Part shown: piece by piece, positions 38,101 through 53,100 of the stretch | How the letters are laid out: each line of letters starts with the position of its first letter | Numbering within the stretch: position 1 is the stretch's first letter | Origin: Mobula birostris | Lineage: Eukaryota | Length of the DNA stretch: 64,000 nt | Direction: 5' to 3' | Assembly: GCF_030028105.1 (NCBI RefSeq) | Contig: NC_092380.1 | Span: 98,881,899-98,945,898 of the forward strand | Position numbers and translations under genes: made by a program | The notes under the pieces: generated by a model | Databases searched by the model: none | What the model was told of the DNA's origin: nothing | What the model saw: only the letters and a program-made list of their open reading frames with translations

Positions 38101-41100
38101 TTATGTGGAGTTCGCAGATTCTCCCTGGGATCGAGTGGGTGCTCTGGTTTCCTCTTGTAAAGACTTGCAGGCTGGTAGGTTAATTGCCCCTGGTGTGTAG
38201 TGAGTGGTAATATCTGGAGGCTTTTGATATAATAGAGGAAAAATGGGATTAATGTATAACTAAATGAAATGGGCAAGTTGACGGTTAGCAGAAACACAGT
38301 GGGCCAAATGCTCTGTTTCTGTGCTGCATTTCTCTGTTTCTTCATTTTTACCGTTTTGGTAACCACTTAATCCATTTTATTCTCAACAACGCCCTTTAAC
38401 CTGCTGAGTTCCAGTGATTCAAATGTCTCAGGAAAATGAGCAAGGGCCAACCTTCTTGTCCATTCTACATATTCAAGCATCAAGCATTTGCTTTTTCAGA
38501 CATTCAGCATTTCATAAATCCAGCATGGACATCATTGAAATCTTAGCTGACCAAACGATTATGGTAAGTGTGATAAGAGATGTTAGTTGAAACTCATACC
38601 TAGTTGGGAAAAGTTAAACCTTGTTCCGGAGGGTGAGGTGATACTACATCCTGGAGAAAATGGTGAATTGTTGCTGTTATCCTGCAGTCCACCCGCAGAG
38701 TGTGAACGCAGCCACTCTTTAGTTTCATCATTACCTCGTGGTTGAGATGAAGGAGTATACCTATGGAAACATCAATCATCAGCATAAAATCCCGCATTAG
38801 GACTAAGGCAGGAGCTAATATGCCCCGTGGGTTTCCTACTGTCAGCACACACTTTGTAGTAAAGTATAATTATAGGCAACATCATGTGTAGTACAGCTCT
38901 TTACAAATAACTTGTCATTATTGTGCAATTCCTAGAAAAACCTCTTGCACTGTTACATTTGTAATTTACAAAAAGGAGGAAAGACCTCATGCCAATAGTT
39001 TGATCAGATTGGTGCAACTTTTATCTTCCAGCTCTCTTTAATATTTCTTCACTAGTATGTGTAATATGGATAAACACCCACATTAGGGCAGCATGGTAAT
39101 CCAGCGAAAGATTATCACACACAGTTAGAGCTGTGCAGCCATGAGTGTAATGGGATTAGCATGTCAGCCATTGGCTAAACCCATTTTGGCATGCATTACT
39201 GTGCCCATTTGGCCTCTCCTGCAATTCCATGCAAAAAGACGCTAATGGAGAATCAGGAAGCACAACAGACCAAATTGCAGTTTCATTGCCAAATTAGGTG
39301 CTTCAGGAAATTCTGGCCCATTTTCTCAGCACAATTAATTATCTCTCTCTCTCTCAGTAACAATTAGAAGGGCAATTTGCCATATGGTGCAATATAGGTT
39401 TACTTCACTGACACCACTTCAGGATTTCTTTTCTAATCAAGCAGAGAGAGAAATAAAGAGACAGGGAAAGAGACCAGTGCGGAAGGATTAGGCTTAGATT
39501 GTCCTACCAAGGTTTGTGGGCCAAATTGCTCTCTTCTGCGTTTCAGCTCATTAACAATGCAGCTGTAAATGATGATATTATCAGAAATAGCTCAAGTGAA
39601 TAGAAAAGGTGTAATTTAGTCTGAAAACATCAATTAGTTAACTGAATCTAAATTCTATGTCATTTGATTGGTGTATCTCCAGCTTAAAAAAATGTTTGTT
39701 AAATGTCTATGGATATACCATCCAGTAAGCGGAACCGCAGCATAAAAGTCAAGACCAACAGGCTCTGGGACAGCTTCTTCCACCAGGCCATCAGACTGAT
39801 GAACTCACGCTGATTTGAGTGTACTCTATATTACATTGACTGTTCTATTTATTATAAATTACTATGATTGCTCATTGCACATTTAGATGGAGACGTAACG
39901 TAAAGATTTTTACTCCTCATGTACGTGAAGGATGGAAGGAAAAAAGTCAATTCAATTCAACTCAATAACTGACTTCCTTTTAATTCAGTCTCCTGAAAGT
40001 TCTTAGCCAAACTTAAAAAGAAATTTCAACGCATTTCTAATTCCATGTGTAACAACAGCAAATTCAGTGAGATACTAAAAAGTATTAGAGCTTTTATTTA
40101 CTAACTGCTATAAAGAAAGTCAAGCATCAAGGGATATTCTGAGTTGCTTATAAAGGACTTAATGAGCTTGTTCACACCTCCGACGGGCTAACATCATCAT
40201 TTGGATAAAACACCAAACCAGAATCCCTTCTGCCTTCACAAGTTGGATGCAAGATATTCTATAAAAACAGTTCAAAGAAGAGCAGAGGAATTGGTCCACG
40301 TGTGTGTCTGTATAACCACATGTTATGTACAAATTTATCCAGTGCCAGCATTAAAACACTAATTCTTATTTAAGAAGCACTTCATTGATTTCGGGATGTT
40401 CCAAAGTTTGTGAAGGGTGTTGCATAAATGCAAACCTTTCTTTCTAGGAAAAAGCTCACTATGTATTCTGCTTAAGCACTTTGAAGGTAAACAAAGAGCA
40501 TATAAGGTGATTTGAACAGAATGATGGTTTGGTGGAAATACTGGGATTTTAACAAATAAAGCTCATTTTGCTAATGGTGGGCAATTAGGAACTGGAGTGG
40601 TTGGAAGTGGAACAAGAATGGGTGGCGTGGTAGTGTAGCAGTTAACGTAGCACTATAATAGCACCAGTGACGTGGGTTCAATTCCCACTGTTGTCAGTAA
40701 AGAGTTTGTACATTATTCCCATGACCATATGGGTTTCTTCTGGATGATCCAGTTTCCTCCTACACTCCAAAGACGTAATTGTTCAAATGGGTGTAATTGG
40801 GCCAGATGGGCCTGTTACTGTGCTGTATAACTAAATAACTTTTTTAAAAATAAATAACATTGCAAACATGGGCAATTTTGTGAAGGTCACCCTGGACAAG
40901 ATAGAAAAGCTGTTTATTTTCAGTGATTCTTGTAAAACCTAGCTTCATGCACTTCACTGTCTGATGACTAACTGTGCCAGTTGTTGCTTAGAAAAGTTGT
41001 ACTTGGGTTCCGTCTTTAAACTGCTCCACTGCTCCAACATTTCTTAAGAAACTTTTAAACCTACTCATTTCACCAAGCTTCTTGTCACTTAGCTTTGTGA

Positions 41101-44100
41101 CTTCTTCAAATATTCTGGTTAAAAAAATCTTGGGCTGTTTTACCACAATATATTCACTTTCCAACTGTAAGTTCAAACAAACTCAAAGTTCCAACAAACA
41201 TAAAATAATTCAGTATAGACAAAATTGTTTCAGATTTTGGCACATGCAACATGCATCTTCAAATGAGCAGAGCCATAAAAATCAGAATACAGACTGATGT
41301 GCTCCAGTGCCCCCCCATGCACAAGTTAAACAATTTCTCAGCTTAGTCATCTAAAATAGATTTGCTGGACTGAAGAACTTAATTCTAAGTGAAAGATTAT
41401 TGACATGCTGCAGACCAAAGTAATTTCATCACACGCAGTGCAGTTAATATTGTGAACTGATTTTGCCATTTTAAAAAGCATTTTTAGATCAAATTTTGCA
41501 GTTGAAATAATGTTGAGGTTAAGATCTGGGGAAATACAAAATAAAAATTCTAATAATTCTTCTGCTATGGAGACAGTAACTCTCATTCTCCTCCCTCTAC
41601 ACCAATATTATACATTCTACTCAAACCCTGTGAACAATGCTTGTGTTTACTATCTGAGTGAAGTTTAGATTTATGAATAGCTTGAAAGGTCGGACAGCCC
41701 AAATACGGGGGGGGGGGGGGGGGAATGACATTTTGATCAGTACTATCCATGTGGCAGCAACTAGCAACATTTTCGGGAAGGAAGAAATTGGAAATTCTGA
41801 AGAGAAACTAATGAAAGAGGTTCACATATTTTAAGTGTATTTCTCACAGGATGTGGAAATTTCAGTCTAGAACTTCCTCTAGGTGAAAGTGGCTTGCTTA
41901 AAAAACTAAGAGTCAACCATATAAGTATGTGACCATACACCATATAAGTCTATGGTCACATACCAAACAGGTAGAAATGATGGATTTCCTACTGAACCAG
42001 ATTGATTTTAATGATATGTTCAACACTAACTCTTCAAACAGAATTTATATCCATCAATTTTCATGGGTGGATTTGAACTCACATCTCTGGAACTTAACCA
42101 TCTCCTGAAATGTTGTACCTACTGGGACCTCTACTTCACCTCTCAAAATCAGATGGGTTGGAATAAAACAATTTGCTGGGTTGCAGGGGGAAAATAAAAG
42201 CTTGGGTATCTGACTAACTTGGGTAGGTTTCAGAATTGGTAAGGATGTGATAACCCCAAGGATTTCCTTCTCTTCTATAAAATACGAAGATCTCAAACTG
42301 AAACAAATCATCATATTGAAAAATTGCTTTAAAATTATTTCTGGGCAGATTCTTGCAGTTGTCAGAATGGGATTTTTTTTTGCCTGCTTAATAATGTAAA
42401 CCATTGTGAGTCAGGAGACCAAAGTTCAAACCGAAAATCTGAATTCTGATTTCCTGAAAATTGTACAATGGATCCAAGACAATGAAGGTGTTCCCTCAGA
42501 ACCACTACTTTCAAAGCAATGGTGGGGCTTGGGGGAAAGGGTGAATCAAAACAAAATCCTCTGCAGTATTTTTTTAATGTGTTATGCACCAGACATTTGG
42601 TTCTTTGACATAATGATGGTCGACTACAAATTGGTTCTTTAGAAAACTAACAGTCTGGTTGAATACTCCAAAAGTAGGACTATTGTTCCACTGTTGTTGT
42701 CTCCTTAGTTTTCACTGCACTGGAAAGAATTTGGTTAACTTAAGAGTTAATTAAAGTGCGAAAGCAATACAAGCAAACAGGCCTCAGACAAGCCACCTAC
42801 ATCCACTTTTGTAAAAGCACCTTAGAGTCATGCTCACAAAACAAACATTGAGCTAAGCTAAAAACTGCAGCCGCTTAAAACATTCCATAATCCAGCCTGC
42901 GTGATCGCACAAAGCAAAATAGCAAAATGAAGATACTGTAGAAGCTCACAAAAATGGATATATGCCACCCACACCAACAGCCACAAAAACAAAGTGCTTG
43001 GTGCCAGAGCCACAAAAGCAATTATCCATGAGGGAAGTACCAATACCTGAATCCTTTCTTAGGCAAGGTATTCCTATTAAGCTGTGGATCACTGTAGGGA
43101 AGTGAGAAGAAAACTAAGTCCAAATAGGAGGTTAAGTTGTTTTATGACAAAATAAAAGTGTAGAAATTTCATAGCCTCTTGGACATATACGGTACAATAA
43201 CTTATTCATCAATCAGATTTGAGAAAACAAAATGGTAGTTTGAAGGTTATAATTTTAAATATACATATGATCTTCAAATCCATTAATGCTAAATCTGTGG
43301 TATACCAGGTACAAGGATCATATTCTCAGCTGGTCATTGGTCACAAAAAAATCATCTTTAGAGCTCTTAAGAGGAAAAAAAAGCTAAATGTTTTCCTGAT
43401 TAACAATTAAGTATTTTTAAAATATTTTCAATTGTTACTAATAAAATATAAATAACAGATACTCTCATAAACATCAGCATGCTTGTTTCCTGGTTCCAGA
43501 AGCTGAGGTAATCCATTTCACTTACAGTGTTATGCAGTAAAATTTAACACTTCATGACAAAGTAAATACATGAACAACAATTACTAAGCATTATTCAAAT
43601 TAACACTTTCAAAGTAATAACAGATCAATGTGAACTTCAATACTGGGTCACTTCTGTGGTTAAAGGAATAGTCTTACACAGCATTTGAAATGTATAGTTT
43701 CGATTAAGAAGTAATAAAGATCCAAATTATTTTTTAATGACTTAGTTCATCAACATAACAGCCATTAAACATCCATCATTCAAGGGGTTTAGGAAAACTC
43801 TTCCACCTAAAGAGTCCCATCTGCCTGCACTGAGGAAACAATGGCTTTATTTTCAAAGATCCACCTACCAACATCTTCCCAAAATGATTCAGCACACAGA
43901 ACTACCCAAAACCAAACAAATATTTTATTTGTATTGATTTTATGCCTGAAGCAGTTTGGGCTTTGAAATGTTTCAAGCATAAGGGATCAACTGACCTCAC
44001 TATGACTCAAGCAAGCCACCAGTAACATTAGCCGTACAGAGGAAACCATATTCCTACTTTGGCATTGTAGAAATGACGCTAATAAATATTGGCAGGCCAT

Positions 44101-47100
44101 GGCGAACAATATTGCACAGTATTGTTAGTGCTGTTCTATGCGTACATAATCCAGACTATTTAAAAGTTAAGTTTGAAGAATACCACTTTTCCGTCAATCA
44201 TCCAAGCCTAAGTATTTCAAATAGTGGTGAAATGGAGGTACCCTTTTCCGAATTAAATGCAAACAGAGATAGTCAATTATACTTTAATAATTATGACAAA
44301 AAGAAGCACCTGTTTACTTACGTTTTACTACCTGAATGTTCAAACGTCACAATGATGTAAGTCAGGGAGGTAAGCGTGCTCTAAAATAACAAACTATAAA
44401 GGAGTACCACTGAAAATGAAAAGTACTTAGCAGAAGTAACTTTCCTGTCCAATTACACTGGAATGCATTGTCGATTTAAATGTGAAAATCAATATAATTA
44501 CACTATTTGCACGTGACATCATGTGAATGAAAATGCCTACAGCTCTATCAGTTCACCCGTTTGCTCAAACAATGGATATGGCAACGATGACATTAAAAGG
44601 AATCCTCAGAACTTTCAAAATAATAGAAAATAATCTCCTAAAGGCTGCGGGAAGAAAGGGAATTATTTAACACAAGAAGACTATGCAGGACTTCTAAACT
44701 GTTGTTAGCTAAATGCACTGTGCGAAGTTTACCATTTATCTTTGAAGCATCAGCCAAATGCTGTGACAAACTTGGCCAATAAATCAACAATAGTAAATGG
44801 AATTTAGAAATAGTCACTATCACAAAGATGAAGGTGTAACAGTAATTGTGGTTCTAGTTGCTCACTTGTCATAGAGTCATAGAAAAGTATAGCACAGAAA
44901 AGACCCTTCAGCCCAACTAGTCCATACCTAAAACATTTAAATTGCCTATTCGCATCAGCTTGCACTGGGACCATAGCCTTCCATACCCCTACCATCCGTA
45001 TACTTATCCAAACCGTTTAAACTTTCAAATCAATCTCACATGGACCACTTGTGCTGGGAGCTGTTCCACACTCTCATGATGCTCTGAGTGATGAAGTTTC
45101 CCTTTATGTTCCCTTTAAACTTATCCCCTTTCACCCTTAAATATGACCTCAGTGGGAAAAGCCTGCTTGCATTTAGCCTATCTATACCCCTCATAATTTT
45201 GCATACTGTGTTGTTACCCCTAGTGTCCATTAGCGATAACCATTAATTGGAAGGAAACATGAAATTGGAAGAGCAGAGAGGAAGAAGAAAGAACAATAAC
45301 CAAAGAATAAAAGCAAAGAATGGAGACTTGAGCAAGTCTCCATTTTGAAGGAATATCGTTGGCATGTTTGATGACAATGAAAGAGATGGAGGAAACTAAT
45401 TAGAAGTTATCCAGAAGACTTAAGTAAAGATAAAAACAGAAATAAATGTCTTTTGCCTTAAGACAATGTTGCTGAACAATCCTTGCGATATAGTTCTTGT
45501 TTGTAGGGCAAGTCATTCCACATAGCACAGAGACTGCAATGTAACAGCCTCTGAAATTCATCCCATTAACTCTTCTGAGAGGATTACACATAGAAGCAAA
45601 CTATATAGAATGCACAGTGCTAAGAATCAATGCTTAAATCTTAGGCAAGTTTTTTGTTCAAGAATTATCAGAATCAGGTTTAATATCACCAGTATAACTT
45701 TGTGGCAGCAGTACAATGCCATACATAACAGTAGAGTAACAAAACTGTGAATTACAGTAAGTATATATTTATTAAATTATACAAGTAGTGCAAGAAAAGT
45801 TAGTGAGGTAGTGTTCAGGGGTTCAATGACCATTCAGAAATTGGATGGTAGAGGGGAAGAATCTATTCCTGAGTGTGTGCCTTCAAGCTTTTGCACCTCC
45901 TGCCTGATTGTAGCAATGAGAAGAAGGCATATCCTGGGTGAGGGGGGGCCTTAATGATGGACATCGCCTTTCTGAGGCAGCGCTCCTTGAAGATGTCCTG
46001 GACACTATGGAGCTGACTAATTTTACAACTCTCTGCAGCTTACCTCGATCCTGCTCAGTAGCCAGCCATACCAGCTGGTGATGCAGCCAGTTAGAATGCT
46101 CTCCACGGAACAGCTGTAGAAATTTGTACGGAATATACCAAATCTCCTCAAACTCCTAATGAAATATAGCCACTGTCTTGCCTTCTTAATAGCTGCATTG
46201 ATATGTTGGGTCCAGGTTAGGTCCTTAGAGATATTTAGATTATGAGAACACTCAGTCCTCGTTTATTGTCATTTAGAAATGCATGCATGCATTAAGAAAT
46301 GATACAATGTTCCTCCAGTGATATCACAAAAAAAAGACAAACCAAAGACTAACACTGACAAGACCACATAATTATAACATATAGTTACAGCAGTGCAAAG
46401 CAATACCATAATTTGATAAAGAGCAGACCATGGGAACGGTAAAAAAAAGTCTCAAAGTTCCGATCGACTCCCGATAGTCTCCGATAGCAGGTGGCAGAAG
46501 GGAGAAATTCTCTCTGCAATAAACCTCCAGGCACCGACAACTGTCGAAGCATTGGAAGCACCCAACTACAGCTGACTCTGAGTCCGTCCGAAAACTTTGA
46601 GCCTCCGACCAGCCCTTCCACACCGAGCAACATCTCTGCCGAGCGCCTCAACCCTGTCCCGGCCACCGAGCAACTAGCGAAGCTGAGGATTCAGGGCCTT
46701 CCTCTCCAGAGATTCTGGATCACACAGTAACAGCGGCAGCAAAAAAGGCATTTCAGAAGTTTCTCCAGATGTTCCTCCGTTCTCTCACGTCTGTCTCCAT
46801 CAAATCAGGATTGTGCATGGCACCCTACTTGACAGATTACAGATATCATTCACTGGAGTGGCCGCGCAAGCTGGGTCACGTCACCATCTTCTCCTCCTCC
46901 TCCCAGGAACTTGAAATTGCTCACTCTCTCAACTTCTGATCTCTCTACGAGGACTGGTGTGTGTTCCCTCGTCTTATCCTTTCTGAAGTCCATAATCAGT
47001 TCTTTCGTCTTACAAATTCTTACCGTTCTTTGGTTTAGTGGAAGGTTTTGCAGCAACACCACGCAACTAGCTCGTGTATCTCGCTTCTGTACGCCCTCTC

Positions 47101-50100
47101 GTCACTGTCTGAGATTTTGCAAACAATGGTTGTATCATCAGCAAATTTATCGATGACATTTGAGCTGTGGCTAGCCACACAGTCATGGGTGTAGAGAGAG
47201 TAGAGCAGTAGGCTAAGTACAGATCCCTGACGTGCACCAGTGTTAATTGTTGGCGAGGAGAGGTTACTTCCAATCCAGTTGCAGAGGGAGGTACAGAGGC
47301 CACCATTCTGGAGTTTTTAAATCAGAACTGTTGGCATGATGGTGTTAAACACTGAGCTGTAGTCAGTAAGAAGCATCCTGGCATAGATACTTGTATTGTC
47401 TAGGTGATCCAAGGCAGCAGAGGGCCAATGAGATTGTGTCTGTTGTACACCTATTGTGGCGATAGGCAAATCAGAGGGTCCACGTCTTTGCTGAGGCAGG
47501 AATTGACTCTAGCTATAATCAAACTCTCAAAGCACTTCATCACCATTGATGAGAGTGCATTGGACGATAATCATTAAGGCAGTCCACTCTGCTCTTCTTG
47601 GGCACTGGTATAATTGTTGCCTTTTTGAAGCAGGTGGGCACTTCTGACTGTAGCAATCAGAGACTGAAAACGTCTTTGAACACCCCGCGAGAATTCATCT
47701 TCTTGAAATACTGCCCGACTTCAGCCTCCAAGACAGACATCACAAAATCACTGGGTGCAGCAGGGATTTGCACAGGTGTAGTTTTAGTCTCCCTTTCAGA
47801 GTGGGCATACAAAGTGGTTGAGCTCGTCTGGGAGTGAAATTATCACTGCCATTCATGATGTTGGGTTTCGCTTTGTAGGAGGTAATGGCCTGCAAACCTT
47901 GCCAGGGTTGATGTGCATTTGATGTCGCCTCACTTGGAATTGTTCCTCAGCTCTTGAAGTAGCCCTCCGCAAGAGTCATACCGAGTTTTCTTATACAGAC
48001 CTGGGTTGCCAGACTTGATTGCCACAGACCTAACCCTCAGCAGACTACAAACTCCTGGTTCATACACAGCTTTTGATTTTGGTATGTCCGGTAAGTTCTC
48101 ATCCACACGGGTTTTAATGAAGTCAGTGACAGCTGTAGCGTACTCATTCAGACTTGAAAATGAGCTATTCTTTCAATGTACGGAATCCTCAGTGCAGATT
48201 GAACCTAGTCATAGTCATAGTCATACTTTATTGATCCCGAGGGAAATTGGTTTGCGTTACAGTTCAGCTTGTCCACAGGACAACCCAATAGCTTCAACAC
48301 TAATTTTGCCTGTGAACCAGAACATTTCCTTGGAAGTTTAGTCCAGTAATTAAATACATATTTGTATTTATCACTAGCATAACACTGTGACATGATATTA
48401 AGCAATTGTCCCATGTATCAAGGATCACCTGAGATTACTCATGATTAATGGGAAGTATTGTGAGGAACATGCCAATTTTATTTTATTTTTAGATTTTCTT
48501 ACATAAAAATGCCAGCTTTAAAAGGTCAGAAAATTGATATTTGATGAGTATTTCAGGGCATATTTCAAATGAAGGACATGAAGTAACCTTGCTCTCCCAG
48601 CATAGCCCAGTTATTTCATTTAATCTACACCTGTTTCTTTCTCTTTCCTGATTTACAACACTTTCTACATTGTATCTCAGTAACGCTCAAGTCTTAAATG
48701 CAAAAATTCTGCAGGTGCTGGAAATCCAAAACAACACATACACACAACGTTGGAGGAACTCAGCAGGTCAGACAGCATCAACGTTTTGGGTCGAGACCCT
48801 TCTTCAGGGCTGGAAAGGAAGATGACAGGATAAACAGATGGGAGAGAGGAAGAAGGACAGCCGGAAGGTGATAGGTGCAGCCAGGTGGAGAGGAAGGAAT
48901 GGAGAGGACAGTGGACTATAGGAGAAAGGGAAGGAGGAGGGGCCAAGGGGGAGGTGATAAGCAGGTGAGAAGAGGTAAGAGGCCAGAGTGAGGAATAGAA
49001 GAAGAGGGGAGGGAGAGGGCATTTTTTTTTACTGGAAGGAAAAGTTATATTCATGCATCAGGTTGGAGATCACCCAGACAGAATATAAGGCACTGTTCCT
49101 CCACCCTAAGGGGTGGCCTCATCTTGGCACATATCGGAACAGGAACTCCTCCACCCCAATAGTCTTGTTACTTTCTAAGTCTACTAGTTTTGGGGGTGGT
49201 ACGGGGAGAAATGCGAAGGAAGAGGAAACCTAGGAGGAGGTGACAGGCAGGTGAGAAGAGTTAAGAGGATAGAGTGGAAAACGGGGAGGGGGGGAGGGGA
49301 AATTTTTTACTGGAAAGAGAAATCAATATTCATGCCATCAGGTTGGAGGCGACCTAGATGTAATACAAGGTGTGGCTCTTCTGCCCTGAGGGAGGCCTCA
49401 TCACGGCCCAAGAGGAGGTCACAGACAGACATATCAGAATGGGAATGGGAATCAGAATTAAAATATTTAGCCATAGTCAGTCTTGTCTTTGAGTGTTTTA
49501 TTATGTGGATAAACAGGTGAGTATGTTCTCTATAAGAGCCGGGGGTAAGGATGGGGAGGATAACATAAGGTTGATTTTATCATGGACTCTATGATCCAGC
49601 CTATCAAGTAGCACCTACACGGTGTGGCTTCATTTAGAAGGAAGCCCAACTCTTGGGTTGGAAATAGTTTGACTATATAGCCAGTTATCATCCAATGAGG
49701 TGTTTCCTGGTCCTTCTATGTATTACTGGGATGTAAAATCCACTGGCCTGCAGATCACAACATTCAACAAGGCAAGTCCACCAAGATTCTTGGCAAGATT
49801 GACAGCTGAAAGGAGCTGAGACCACAAGGTGAATGAGTGGGCAAATACAGAAGCAGGCTGGAATTCTCAAAAAAAAATCAAAAATACTTTTTAACTCCTG
49901 TTGCCTGCCAGGGGCTTATCATTAAAGCTCGATAATTTCAAACACCATCCCAAAAAAAAAGGACACAGCTGAGAAATATCACCAAGGGTTTCCACATCAA
50001 TCACCTGTGAAATGAAAGCAATGGTATCATCAGCACAGGCGAGGGCTGCGTTCTGAAAAATGCCAAGTAGAGTGGAGCTGGAAGTTAGGCAAGCTTGTCA

Positions 50101-53100
50101 ATGGAAAGTGAGGAGGTGGTTTTGGGGATGCAAATTATTGGGTGAAAATCCCATTGGATAATCCAGACCCCCATCTCTGATCTAGAAAAAAAACAAGATG
50201 AAAATTACCCTTTTAAAAATTTATTTATTCATGTATTGAGATAAAGTGTGCAACAGGCCCTTCTGGCCCTTTGAGCTGCAGCACTCAACGACCCCTGATT
50301 TAACCCTAGCCTAATCACAGGACAATTTACAGTGACCATTTAACCTACCAACCAGTATCTCTTTAGACTGTGGGAGGAAATGGGAGCACCCAGAGGAAAC
50401 CCACATGGGAAAACATACAAACTCCTTACAGATGGTGGTGGGACCTGAACCCGAGTGACTGGACTGTATGGAACTTAAACAAGTGACATGGCACTAGCTT
50501 CAACCTTTACCACGGACACTGGAAGTTTACTTAAAGTATGTACTGTGCCACCAAATAAGTTCTGATCAAATTAAATTCACAAGGATTATTCTCACAAAAA
50601 AGTTCTTCTCGAGTATTGTGTAATTTAATATCTATTTAAAAACTAGAATTCCATTTGGAAAATATTTCTGCCCAAATGAAACACTACTCAACTCAAAACA
50701 TTAGTGGGTAATTTTGAGATTTAAGTAGCTTAGCACCAAACAATATAATTTTAAAAATTCTTTCAGAGTAAGCTTTAAGGTTAATTATAAACCCAGATGA
50801 TCCTTGAGGACAGGACTGCCTTTGACTGAATTAGTTATCTGATTTAGACTATGAGCATTACCTGTCTTGTTTCCTTGGTAAAGTATTTCTGTTGAATTTG
50901 GGGCTAGCAGTTGGGGAAGAGAGAGAGCTACAAGGCGAAATCGAACAGTACAGAGAAAAACAGAGAGAAGATAGATTAGCACTTGGAATAGGAAGATGTG
51001 AGAAAAAAATACAAAATGTTAGCAGCTCTGAGAATAAGTACATCTACGTCCATAGCAAAATTAGATGTTCGATTTATTTAAAAATTCTAGTAACACAAAA
51101 TCTAGAACAAGTACGGCAAAAATAAATCTATAAACCATTGAAAATCTATTGTGGGAAAGAACACAGTAAATATAGAAACAAGTTATTCAGAGAACAAAAT
51201 ATGACATGTGGATCTTGTTACGGGTAACGATCAGCCTGAAATTTTCAAAGAACATTGCCACACGGATGGAAGCTGTGGTCTTCAACACCAAGGAGTGTCA
51301 GCAATAGGGAATTCTTGGATGTGGTTGCAAGAACTTCTCTGATATGCATTATAACACCACAGAGAAGGTCTGTTGCTTAGAAAAAGACATAAATCTCAAA
51401 AACAGAGCATCTGGTATCACAGTGATGTGGGTTAGAAGGGGGAAAGAATTGGACTTGGCAGCATTAGGGAGATAGCAGTGAATAATCAAATTACTGGAGG
51501 GATGGGGCAAGGTGCATACTGCTAGATGGCTACGTCCTGATAGCATTGTACAGGCAGTTTGGAGTCTGTCAGAAACTGCGGTGGAGATGGAGCAAGAGGC
51601 CAAGGCCAGTGTTTACTTTCCTTGATAATCCCCTCTCTATAATTTTCTGGTTGGGCAGAAATGCATCTGTGATCACGACAGACGGCTTGATGTACAAGTT
51701 CCTACTTTAGTGGGAGCAGTAGAGAGTGACAGAAACAAAAGTGACAGCTTAACTGATACCGCTGTGAACTGAAGTGCTTTGTGCTCACAGCTTCAGAAAT
51801 ACTAGCAAGCTCAGTTAAACATTGGGAAGCTGGTAGAACTCCAGTCAAGCAAGTAACACCAGGAAGCGCTTTGGAGCTTTTTAACATTGATAGATTTCTG
51901 ATTTCCTGACGAACTCATACTTGTGTTGAGAATTTAATTTTTGCCTGTCTCAATATGCTATTTGTCCGCTGATGGAAATTACAGGCAAGTTTTTTTTTAA
52001 GCATTTTACTTTTATTATGTTCCCATGTGGCCCATTGAGTCTCTGTCAACTCTCTGAGAAATCCCATTGGTCTCGTTCGCCTCCTCCAACTTGTTTCTGT
52101 GTAAATCTGTTCTCATGTCCCAACTTTCTGGCTTTCCACTTACACCTGGGGCTATTTACCAGTTAACCTACCAGCATGTCTTTGGGATGTGGAAGAAAAC
52201 AGAAGCACCCTTGGGAAACTCATGTGGTCACAGAGAGAGAGGATGCAAACAGGTAATGGCTGAGGTAGGGATCAAACCCAGCTCAGTGAAGCTATGCATC
52301 AGCAGCACTGAATTCTGTCAATTTGATTTGACAGTTTGATGGTTTTTGGTTATTTGTTGATGGCAGCTTGCAAAAAAAAAGTCATTTTGCTAAACTCAAG
52401 CAGTTGCTAATTTCATCAAATTTACCTAGGGAATTTAGTAGATAGCTTCCATGAGGGGGGAATAACATATTGTTCCATGTGTGCTAACACATATGAAGTG
52501 CGGGTCTAAAAATTCATCCTTAAATATTTTATAAAGTAAAAACACGAGAAAGTCTGCAGATGCTGGAAATCCAAAGCAACACAGACAAGGTGGTGGAGGA
52601 AGTCAGCAGGTTCTCTGTGGCAATGAATAAACAGTCAACGTTTCGGGCCAAGACCCTTCTGAAAAGGAAGAAGGAAGACGCCGCAATAAAAGGTGGGGGG
52701 GGGGGGTGGAAGGAGGTTAGCTGGAAGGTGATAGGTAAAGCCAAGTGGGTAGGAAAGGTCAAGGTCTGGAGAAGAGGGAATCTGATAGGAGAGGAGAGTG
52801 GACAATAGGAGAGGGGGAGGGAGGAGTAGTTATAAAATAGTTTCATTTCATTAACAAAGGAACTGTGATGTGTTCATGTTATCCAACAGAGATTGAGTTT
52901 CCAGGCAGTGATGTCATGGAGGGGGTGTTAGTGTAACATTTTATACATATGGATGCGGAGTACAACTGATGAAACATATGGCAAAATGTTGGTACACTTA
53001 GAAGATTCAATCCTCTCAGAGATCACCAGAACAGTTCACCTCTGAGCATTAATTACATTCAGAAACTGACAGGGGGAGAATTAATTAAGAGTAGGGCAGT